Below, one piece after another: positions 18,801 through 26,100 of a DNA stretch of 64,000 nucleotides. Source of the stretch: Candidatus Poseidoniaceae archaeon (GTDB lineage Archaea; Thermoplasmatota; Poseidoniia; Poseidoniales; Poseidoniaceae); assembly GCA_949373075.1 (NCBI GenBank), contig CASIBX010000002.1, positions 1,019-65,018 on the forward strand. Direction: 5' to 3'. Position 1 is the first letter of the stretch. Each line of letters opens with the position of its first letter. The notes beneath the pieces were generated by a model, which was given only the letters and a program-made list of their open reading frames with translations, did not search any database and was not told the DNA's origin. The position numbers were made by a program, and so were the translations under genes.

Positions 18801-20776
18801 CTCAATTACTACGTGAAGACCCTGATAGTTTCCTACCTGATGGATTTGGACCGGTATCGGTATACTTGCGATTCCGCGAAACACTGCCTAACGAAGGCTG
18901 TGAGAACATCGAGGTAGAATATTTGTCTATGCAAGGCAAGTGGGACCCTTGTGTCGATTTACTTGGCAATGATCACTTCCGTGTACAAATGGCTTACAAT
19001 GCTAACGGATTCTCATTGATTGGACGCACATCACTAGATGTTGATGACCAGATTGTTTACACAAGCGAAATAGATCCGCTAACTGGGGATATCGTTTCTA
19101 AACCAATGATAGTTACTGGACAATTAACTGATGAATTAGATACAAATCTAACATACAGAAACATTCGTGTGAATTACGAAATGGTCAACAGTCCTGCAGG
19201 GCCGGTTGCATGTTTCAACGGTATCACCGATATCAATGGACAATTCGCAATAACCTGCCCTCTATCGGACGTTATGGCGGGAACTGCTAGAGTTACCGTT
19301 ACTTACTCTGCATGGGATAACAATGATGCTTATCGATATCAAAACAAGACAGTACAGACCGAATTTGACGTATTCAGTAACTCTACACTACAGATTGCTG
19401 AAGTTGGACCATTCAAGTCTAGCGTAGAGTCGTTCGTTGCACCAAATAATGGCACAGCATTCCCTGTATTGTACCTCAAGGAAAGCTTCCATATCGACGC
19501 AATACTTACCCAATCTAACGGACAGTATGTTGGTGGAAAGTGTTTGAACATCTACTTGGACCCACAGAAAAACGTCCGACCTCTATCTAGTATTCAGACA
19601 AGAGAATCAGATGGTATGGTTGAATGGTTCAGTGGCGACCCTAGTCAAAATCCGGGCCTGAAAGGCGTGGAAACGACAGGTGGGGAACTAGAAGGATTCA
19701 GACTACTGCGTGTCGCTTTCGAGCCAGACCTCAACGTTCCAGGAGGTTGTGACAAAGACACGAGCAACGTCCTGAACGGCTCACACATGGATATCGTAGT
19801 TCTCGTACGAAGCCGTGTTGACCTGCAGGTGAAGGACTCTTGGTCTCACGTTAATAACAACGGTTTGGATACCGATGACAATGTCCATGGTGAGATTGCA
19901 CTATTGCGTGACCGCCTAGACTTAGCGGTTGAGAATGAAGAGATATTCTTCGTCCGTGAATATTGGGATTCAGATGCTATGGAATGGGTTGTTGAAGGAC
20001 GCAATGAGTCGTACACCAACGAGCAAGGAATCGCTTCCTTTGATTGGGCCTTTGCAGGCAAGACCTGTGCAGGAGAACCTTGTGGAGGAGATTGGAGAAT
20101 CAAGGCATATTACCCTGGTTCAACCTTCTTTGCAGAGTCTAGTGATAACATAACTCACGAAGTACATTATCAAAAGACCAAGGTTGTAGATCAGAGCGGA
20201 GGTATCTTCACTCCAAGTACCATTATGGCGATAATTATCGTACTTCTTGGAGCGGCGATTGCCGGAGTAATGTACTACCAGCGAGTAATTGCAAGACGCC
20301 AGGTCGAAGCTCTGCGTGGTATCTTGACAGATACAATGTTGCAACTTCAGGCTGCTAACGAGTACATTGCAATCATCTTCGATTGTTACAAGCAACTGGT
20401 CAAGCACTTCCGCCGACATGGTTTCATGAAGAAGGTCTACGAGACAACTCGTGAATTCGAAAGTGCGGTCAGAGGTGCATTCCACATGGTTCCAGCAGAC
20501 CAATTGGATTCATTCATTGCAATCTTCGAAGAAGCACGTTATTCGGACCACGAAATTGGGCCAAGTCACCGTGACCGTGCAATAGAAACCTTGAACGCAA
20601 TTGCTCAGAGCCTTTCAATGGCTCTAGGTGATGGCGGAATGATCACCCGTGGAGAGCAGCATGAAGCCAAACTCTACGGCGGTCTGACCAAGGCTGGAGA
20701 GTTCGTAGCATCCGATGGTAGCGTCCGACAGGCCGGTATCGACGATGATACAGAACAGTCCAATTTCAAGATTTGA
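12848..20776 (+). CDS. giant (2642 aa) membrane-anchored acidic surface protein with TSP3-like DxDNDG repeats, Ig-like stalk, TM and DUF4129-like C-terminal domain
   Basis: N-terminal hydrophobic segment; many D(H/x)DNDG..D..D.DDDNDG units at about 13226-16525; beta-rich middle; TM (IMAIIIVLLGAAIAGVMYY); tail ETTREF...FEEARYS typical of DUF4129. Exact start uncertain. Confidence 0.88.
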   Translation: MVTMLSNRQFKQKIENRRKSTVSVGIVLLMITSTWLGLIASVSQGFEPETKFVDVDPLSMSAAQSTEQGGQGELHGGMPSHFGLEMHDALWDLTWSDSSAMYGQISDTSVLSLDAGYGLMLEESSADDHDNDGIDDLTDLDDDNDGIYDLLERFDGCFGTDPYDHDNDGIQDNVDWDDDNDGILEGPVDYAALEALGLDPRNVTMHRYVDASTIHPLTGQPVGISYRADQLPFDHDNDGVPDEDSDGSGSGRYDEDDDNDARIDQFRWPCDFDNDGVQDYFDNDDDDDGVQDWNDANPYDATETGTMDLSGNMFDASQPWTFNQYRLYSAGINFVDLEAAKVDANDEFDFAGGESGDGAAGIPSFTDIFDGDLDGDLIPNFLDPDNDDDGTPDSSDTDDDNDGLLDMYDPDDDNDGIPDVCTNIDINGDGLSDYTGVDSSPYQTPGADTDGVPGMDCELDYDADLDDDRFRPFDQNYNAIWDWLDPDMGGTATPDDAVQSQFSASDFPYDIDNDQIENENDSFPLDMNSEAWVATCTSQSNPNPANPDPRCMTQRASFAQFNDWDGDGVSNWDDVDDDGDGIIDLIDIDWDCDFDNDALLHQINGSKYRDDGPNDVDSDIDGDGLPNDIDWDDDNDGLTDLYDPDDGNCGIVDYDATDSFATPYYPLGDGADLDGSADNQDYTTNYDNYWSLVWNVNPFADVVLNYNGFDATTQTPEGGNVPEFYWFLFTRWSSYNGGNEWDVDADGDSLINGLDTDQDADGLPDWWDQDEGNDGLLDVNDLKMGGTMNLTQCGMTVGQLGSGWTCGFSYALAYHMPLTGTNAQFGSPYSTRPDWNFNQGPGGKAQQGNDWTCTPDYVGTATTDPTGGCWHYDFGGDGDVESAISYTQIQDNRDAFITWMGLVTGVWQWNFDDTANANTVGFPDELGADLDHNSEDGDVDGDFTNNTVDLDEDYDAIYDWSDVDDDNDGLWDFFEIDTNDDLDDDVDQDYGGEFFTGLNCDDADDDGNDQDVDEDGWFQAVWDKGVMSQGLKSPKFYDVDNDNDGVPDSEDPDDDNNGVPDSVQELQPGCFSGEEQHPFDHDNDGIVDWADDDFDGDGISNLVEAAISITAPFDHDNDGLRDDLDKDDDEDGMQDIDEVLLWPLRFDAESTNPWDHDDFGGGLGIANPLDPSTGPDVIDNDDDNDSREDNNWDHLEENFVSDPCYAGSESSDWDHDNDCILDANDKAPTFITLDMPDTLWLDAQSPAIFRGHVDWLNPITSQFEAAPGLPVQVHIEWTGNNTTAVETIDVITNMWGNFTVGQFLYPEDLVVGDNMTYRVYAEVTEMFAFNGNQSASYFVGAEANMTVDYSSWTYFRSDEQPFWLDFKAHYAADWSRGLYDNRIKNSPISFEITGGLFGNRTNPSNFSGFNNDGYRTDIDGWASLTFVQDLGANGTWKQVRWNSILDNGVGQISGAYEEISWNDLSKTHDVVLDSSGMPVRYDYTNTSLPAGDIEIKASVIPELADEWPFPHLHGDSSDPFSVRVMHRMNIEGEMMVSGLSAVYFWDGTINNGDGTFGNWATLFHQQALNAAGITFEEAKVLKPYPSLWDGIPENLPGEAINLRNFIDVNATHWIISLVNGGDGDLPPCGQVDPTDPSSPVRCEIVPEMNTGETFGVRGTVTNRTNDAWDQDPIALQIDIDNNGQFMGSQETAYTQRPVMKDGEATFEYNWTWYSQYTAGTFGVRVDFTNNAYYFTGNSTNLAATGAYINVSVVGTTQFQMTSVPRLYRNTTTTIEARLLDNSLQPLRQAPVTWTWSYDGRSGVNYTDDLGTFSIPFDINPEDSLGNYSLQFEYEGDRSMKGNIDSQNVWVVSRTYLNVISSDSNLRQSGDRWDFTAQVTDDNKTATVRDSGGRELSGSSTPNGGLVDVIYEGLDFEGVMHRQVVATLAPNAGLISLPEPQPDGSHLCYYDGNGDGLPDRDSNGNGQLDDSEAIGCMKANVAPLSPQLLREDPDSFLPDGFGPVSVYLRFRETLPNEGCENIEVEYLSMQGKWDPCVDLLGNDHFRVQMAYNANGFSLIGRTSLDVDDQIVYTSEIDPLTGDIVSKPMIVTGQLTDELDTNLTYRNIRVNYEMVNSPAGPVACFNGITDINGQFAITCPLSDVMAGTARVTVTYSAWDNNDAYRYQNKTVQTEFDVFSNSTLQIAEVGPFKSSVESFVAPNNGTAFPVLYLKESFHIDAILTQSNGQYVGGKCLNIYLDPQKNVRPLSSIQTRESDGMVEWFSGDPSQNPGLKGVETTGGELEGFRLLRVAFEPDLNVPGGCDKDTSNVLNGSHMDIVVLVRSRVDLQVKDSWSHVNNNGLDTDDNVHGEIALLRDRLDLAVENEEIFFVREYWDSDAMEWVVEGRNESYTNEQGIASFDWAFAGKTCAGEPCGGDWRIKAYYPGSTFFAESSDNITHEVHYQKTKVVDQSGGIFTPSTIMAIIIVLLGAAIAGVMYYQRVIARRQVEALRGILTDTMLQLQAANEYIAIIFDCYKQLVKHFRRHGFMKKVYETTREFESAVRGAFHMVPADQLDSFIAIFEEARYSDHEIGPSHRDRAIETLNAIAQSLSMALGDGGMITRGEQHEAKLYGGLTKAGEFVASDGSVRQAGIDDDTEQSNFKI

Positions 20777-20792
20777 AATTGAGAATTCCGCT

Positions 20793-20829
20793 GAGTGACA
20801 AAGTGAGGGGTTCCCCTCACTTTGCACTC
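20793..20829 (+). terminator. long hairpin after the giant gene
   Basis: GAGTG(A)CAAAGTGAGGG-GTTC-CCCTCACTTTGCACTC, followed by TTT. Confidence 0.6.
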
Positions 20830-20873
20830 TTTGTAGCGCAGGGTTGATGAGTCTTGTACGGTGTGGCTATGCC

Positions 20874-21317
20874 ATGAGCGATTGGAAGAGTCTTATCGAC
20901 CAAGCAATGATGCTAGAAGGAACTGATGTAATTAAAGCGCATGGGACTTATGGGAATGCTGTACGTGCAGCCCTCTCAAACGCCCAACTTCTTCTTACAG
21001 ATTTAGAGGCTGCTCAAATCATCGAATCCATCTATGGAGCTTTGGTTGCCTATTCTCAGCAAGTCATGCTGAGGATGAAAGCCGAAGAGCCTGAAGTGGG
21101 CGGGGTCGATCATGCTTTCAGAGCAGGACAAGCCTACGGGGTATCTTGTGTTCTAAACCATTTAATCGACCAGTTAACCGATGTATCTTCAGTTACAAAT
21201 CTTCAGGCCCTAGATGACTTCTCAGACACTCTCCACAATGACATCTTAGTTCAGGCAAGAGCGGCCGGTTTGACTGTTGAATTACTGGATGCGAAAGGCG
21301 ACATTCTCTATGAGTGA
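20874..21317 (+). CDS. hypothetical all-alpha protein
   Basis: Clean ORF with helical composition; start moved to ATG 20874. Confidence 0.7.
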   Translation: MSDWKSLIDQAMMLEGTDVIKAHGTYGNAVRAALSNAQLLLTDLEAAQIIESIYGALVAYSQQVMLRMKAEEPEVGGVDHAFRAGQAYGVSCVLNHLIDQLTDVSSVTNLQALDDFSDTLHNDILVQARAAGLTVELLDAKGDILYE

Positions 21318-21426
21318 ATATCCTCTAAACGCTGTACTTCGACGCGAAAGATAGTTTGTCCGCGTCGGTGCCTTCATAACAGGGTGGTTGGTCGGCGATT
21401 TGCTTCAATAGCATCGAGGGAGTCAT

Positions 21427-21792
21427 ATGAGTAAACCAGAAAGCAAGACAAACCCAAATCTAGTCGGTCTAATCGGCGATTTGAAGGCACAGTCTCGCGA
21501 GACCGGCGCAGCTTTGTGGCGAGATGTCGCACAACGACTATCAAGAAGTCGTAGTAACTGGGCAAACCCGAACCTTAGCCGCTTGAGCCGCCACTGCCCC
21601 GAGGGCGTAACAGTCCTCGTTCCAGGCAAGTTGCTCGGCAGCGGTGAAGTTTCGGCCAAGCACGACGTCGCCGCCTACAGCATCAGCGCTGGAGCCCGTG
21701 AGAAGATTGTGGCTGCGGGAGGACGTGTCCTTACGCTAGCCGAATTAATGAACGAAAATCCAAAGGGATCGGGGGTGTACATCCTTGGCTGA
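21427..21792 (+). CDS. rpl18e: 50S ribosomal protein L18e (eL18)
   Basis: KTNPNL..LI..L, LWRDVAQRL, VLVPGKLLGSG, S.GAREKI..AGG. Confidence 0.95.
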   Translation: MSKPESKTNPNLVGLIGDLKAQSRETGAALWRDVAQRLSRSRSNWANPNLSRLSRHCPEGVTVLVPGKLLGSGEVSAKHDVAAYSISAGAREKIVAAGGRVLTLAELMNENPKGSGVYILG

Positions 21793-22273
21793 TCACACTA
21801 CATACGTGTACGACGCTGATGGATTAGTCCTCGGCCGTTTGGCTAGCACAGTTGCTGACCTTCTTTTGAAGAGCACACGTGCTGGAAACAGTGACCAAGT
21901 CGTTATTGTTAATGCAGAGAAAGCAGTCGTTTCCGGCAAGCCAACATCTGTGTTTTCAACATACCACGACAAGTATGCACTAAACCATGCTCGTAAGGGA
22001 CCATTTTTCCCTCGTATGCCTGACATGATTCTAAAACGAACTGTCAGAGGTATGCTGCCATACCAGGCTAAGAGTAGCGGTCGCCGTGCTCTACGAAATC
22101 TTCGTGTCGAAATCGGCTGTCCAAGCCATCTTTCTGGTGACCTTCCTGAAGGTCACGAAGCAGGTGATGACAGTAAGATTCGCCGTGACCTCCCAATGCG
22201 CTTCGTTCGTTTGGGAGACATCAGCGCCAACCTTGGCGCACCAGCACACCGTTGGAATGGAGGTGAGCAGTGA
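21785..22273 (+). CDS. rpl13: 50S ribosomal protein L13 (uL13)
   Basis: DADGLVLGRLAS, VNAEKAVVSG, GPFFPRMPD.ILKRTVRGMLP; TTG start. Confidence 0.96.
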   Translation: MADHTTYVYDADGLVLGRLASTVADLLLKSTRAGNSDQVVIVNAEKAVVSGKPTSVFSTYHDKYALNHARKGPFFPRMPDMILKRTVRGMLPYQAKSSGRRALRNLRVEIGCPSHLSGDLPEGHEAGDDSKIRRDLPMRFVRLGDISANLGAPAHRWNGGEQ

Positions 22274-22707
22274 TGGCTCGTAAGCAAAAGAAAGTCGTAC
22301 ACACATCAGGAAAGCGTAAGACCGCAGTCGCCCGTGCTACCGTTAAGGCTGGCAAGGGACGAGTTCGAGTTAACAGTGAACCTATTGAAATTTTACAGCC
22401 AGCTCTCTCCCGCCGTAAGGCAATGGAGCCGCTAATCATTGCAGATGCAATGAAGCGTCTATCTAAGGTAGACATCAATATCCTAACCCATGGTGGTGGA
22501 ATAATGGGCCAGACAGATGCGATTAGAACCGCACTCGCTCGTGGACTAGTTCACTACAATGGTGGTGCAGAAGGCCTTGATGAGGAACTTCGTGATGAGT
22601 ACCTGCGATTCGATCGCAGCCTACTGGTTAACGACCCTCGTCGTAAGGAACCTAAACATCAACTCGGTCGTGGTGCTCGCCGTAAGAAGCAGAAGTCCTA
22701 CAGGTGA
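22270..22707 (+). CDS. rps9: 30S ribosomal protein S9 (uS9)
   Basis: SGKRKTAVARA, GGGIMGQTDAIRTALARGL, DPRRKEPK..GRGARRKKQKSYR. Confidence 0.97.
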   Translation: MMARKQKKVVHTSGKRKTAVARATVKAGKGRVRVNSEPIEILQPALSRRKAMEPLIIADAMKRLSKVDINILTHGGGIMGQTDAIRTALARGLVHYNGGAEGLDEELRDEYLRFDRSLLVNDPRRKEPKHQLGRGARRKKQKSYR

Positions 22708-22712
22708 TTTAG

Positions 22713-22916
22713 ATGATTATTCCAGTACGTTGTTTCAGCTGTGGCGGAGTTATCGCCCACAAGTGGGAAGAGTTCAATGAAAAGATGGCCGCAGGTATCG
22801 ATATGATGGGCGCTCTTGACGAGGTCGGTCTTGACAGATACTGTTGCCGAAGAATGTTTGTTTCACATATTGAACTCATTACCGAAGTTGCACCTTTCAG
22901 CACTCCTCGTGAGTGA
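22713..22916 (+). CDS. rpoN: DNA-directed RNA polymerase subunit N (Rpo10)
   Basis: MIIPVRCFSCG...LDEVGLDRYCCRRM. Confidence 0.97.
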   Translation: MIIPVRCFSCGGVIAHKWEEFNEKMAAGIDMMGALDEVGLDRYCCRRMFVSHIELITEVAPFSTPRE

Positions 22917-22946
22917 GCATTAACCAGATCCGATTCCCAGGCTAAA

Positions 22947-23021
22947 GGGCCTGTGGGTTAGCTTGGCCAATACTTGGCGGCTGGGGGCCGTCAGACCCCA
23001 GTTCAAATCTGGGCAGGCCCA
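22947..23021 (+). tRNA. tRNA-Pro(GGG), CCA not encoded
   Basis: Acceptor GGGCCTG/CAGGCCC, anticodon loop CTGGGGG, T arm CCCAG-TTCAAAT-CTGGG; usual archaeal position after rpoN. Confidence 0.93.
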
Positions 23022-23055
23022 CTTGCCTGGGAAGTCTGATTGTAAAGTCTCTAAT

Positions 23056-23074
23056 GAGTCTCCGTAGGAGACTC
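23056..23074 (+). terminator. hairpin downstream of the r-protein/tRNA operon
   Basis: GAGTCTCC-GTA-GGAGACTC perfect inverted repeat; no T tract. Confidence 0.4.
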
Positions 23075-23115
23075 GAAGGGAATGATTTCATGATGGATGA
23101 GAATTAGCGGACACT

Positions 23116-26100
23116 ATGAGAATCCACGCGCTAGTGCTGGCGACCCTCCTGATAATTTCATCTACAGTATCTGTTATTGCTAGTGATACCGTCACTACAC
23201 AAGACGTAGAACTCTCTGGAAATCAAACAATGACTGGCAATTATACAGTCAGCCACGGCACAAAACTGACCATAAAACCCGGCACCATAATCGATATGCA
23301 AGACTATTGGATGAAAGTTGACGGAGAACTTGTTGCTGATGATGCAACAATAATGTCATCCATTCAAACAACTAGCCCTGGTTCACACAATGCTGGTGTC
23401 TGGGACGCATTAACCATCACTTCAATGGGAGTTGCTAATTTAGACGAGGTTACTATCTCCAATGCCAAATCTTGCATCATAGTTGACGGTACTCTGACTG
23501 CTACTAACTTGTCGATGGAAGATTGCCTTATTGGAATGGAAGTCGACGGTACAGCCACTATTAGCGGGATATCTTTGTTACATGTGGACAATGATGGAAT
23601 CAGAGTAACCGGTGATGCAGATATTTCGGATGCAGAATTTACAGATATGAGCGGTGGAATCCATTCGAGCGGCGATCTTATTTTGACGGTTAGCGAATTT
23701 ACAGACGTTGGAACAGGCGTATCTCTAACCGGAGGCACTGCCGACATCGAGGAATTAACATTCACAAGTGGAGTCGGCAACGGAGTAAGCATAGCATCAG
23801 GAGTAAGCGGTGACATTGATTCAATGACAGGCCAAGCAACAAATGCAATAGTTTCAATGGATGCAACAGGATTTGCAATTTCGAATTTAGATATGTCTGG
23901 TGAGCGACTCTTTAATTCATGGTCAGCAGGGGACTTATCGATATCAAATGCAGATTTCCACGCAGATAGCGGCGAGACCCCTATCGATATTCGAACCTCA
24001 GGCACAGTTTCTCTCTCAGACGTCCATTTGACCGGACAATTTAGTTCACAGCAATCAACATTCAATGCCCCATGGATTGGAATGTCATTAGCTGGTAGTG
24101 GAGATTACATAATCGCCTCATCTACAATCGAGTCCACTGACACTGCCCTTATCGCTAGTGGAACGGGTACTTTGGATATTAGCGATACTACGTTTTCCTC
24201 AGACCGCATGGGCCTTTCATTCTCGGGGATTTCTTCTACCACGCTAGACAATGTTGCGGTAAATATCTCAAACGGTGGCGAACTGGGTATTGATATTCTT
24301 CAAGGAACTCATACTTTCTCACAATTACAGGTCAATATGCCATTCAATCAATTCGCTAGTGGTAGTACAGGGATTGATGCTTGGTGGTGTGAAATTAGTG
24401 CTGAAGATATTTCCGTAAACGGATTTGCAAATAGTGCATCAATCCACGAATCTATCCTGGTTACTGAAGATTTAACACTTCTAGATTCCAGTATACAGGG
24501 ATTACATGCGGATTCCTCTATGGTCACCGTTACAGATTCCTTTGAAACAAGAGTTTCCGATACAGGTTTGATAATGGATTCCTCAACCGTAATTCTTCGA
24601 AGTTGGGACTCTTCCTACCATGAGGATGGCGGAGTTTTAGATTTTGAATCGGAGTTGACCGTATGGCAATTATCCTCAATTAGCAATCTTGATTCTGATA
24701 TAACCGGTGATGGTGAACTTCATTATGGAACAAGCCAGACCCTTAGAATATACACTGCATCGAAAAACAGATTGTGGGATATGACAATTTCATTCGAAGA
24801 TTTATCAGGTAATTCAGTAGATGCAGATTGGGAAGTCTTAGGGTTTACAGGAACTGCTTCTAGCGGAGTTGCTCTTCTCCCGGTAAGTGAAGCAGGCTCT
24901 CAAATTACTGCGACTTATGCCGGAGTAGGCGCCTTATCAACTCCAATAGGGGTGCAAGGGGGAACACATACCATACAGGTACCAATTATGCCTCAAGGCG
25001 ATTGGGTATTGAATGGAGGGACTGTAGTGGTTCTTGGTCCAACAGAAGATGGCTCTCCTCACATAGCAGGTGGAAATATCACAATACCTTCTAACGCACA
25101 ATTGGTTTTACTTGATACGACATTACAATTGCCGAGTTATGCCACGCTAACAGTAGATAGTTACGGGGATTTCGAAGGTACTAATTCACAATTAGTAGGC
25201 AATGTCGTTTCTCACTCCTCGGGCTTTAGCGACTCTACAACTTCTAGTTTGACCGTGGCGGGAGATGTATTGTGGACTTCTTGCCAAACTGATATTATTC
25301 TGTATAACCTCCTAGTTCAGGGTGATGTGCAATTAGATAATTCATGTAAGGTGACAATCAACTCTGGTACAATAAACGGCCAAGTTGCCGTGGGCGTAGG
25401 TGCAATCTTTGAGATAGTCAACACTCTAGAAGTTACAGTTCTCGATAAAGGAGATGCCGTTCAAGGTGCAACAATTACCGTTCAAGGACAAAGCGTAACT
25501 ACAGACATTGACGGCAAAGCCAGCAAATCCACGACCGCCCTCATTGTAGACTCAAGCGGCTCAACGACAGCCGGATTAAAGCAAGTCACATTACAATGGG
25601 GCAGTTTTACAGATTTGATGGCATGGGACACAGCCTCATCTAAGCAACACACCTTCATCGCTTCAACAATATCCGGCGGCACATTGACAGAATGGTTAGT
25701 CTTAGAAAAGGCTTGGAGTCCTTATCACCTTTCGAACGATCTAGTAATTCCACAAGGGCAAACGATGACAGTAAACGATGGTGTTTCCTTACGAGTTGCA
25801 GACGGAGTGATAATCACTATTGAAGGGACATTCAATTCAGGATATTCAACTATCTCATCGATGGGCGGAGGAGCAAGATGGGGCGGATTAGTCGTAGGAG
25901 ATAACTCTGAAACAACCGCATCATTACTAGGTACTAGCCTTGTTGAAGGCTCCCCTCTACTGACAATGAATGGTAATGCAGACATTGTTTTGAGCAATGC
26001 ATTACTTTCTCGAACAAGTGGTGCAGAACCTCTAATTCGACTGACAAACACTGCCTCAGGTAGTATGCAAATTGTTTCAACAACGCTTTCTGATTCTGCT

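Noticed and set aside
13057-20503. Many antisense ORFs (SSSLS- and VVIV-rich) within the giant gene
   Set aside because: Expected antisense shadows of Asp/Asn-rich coding sequence.
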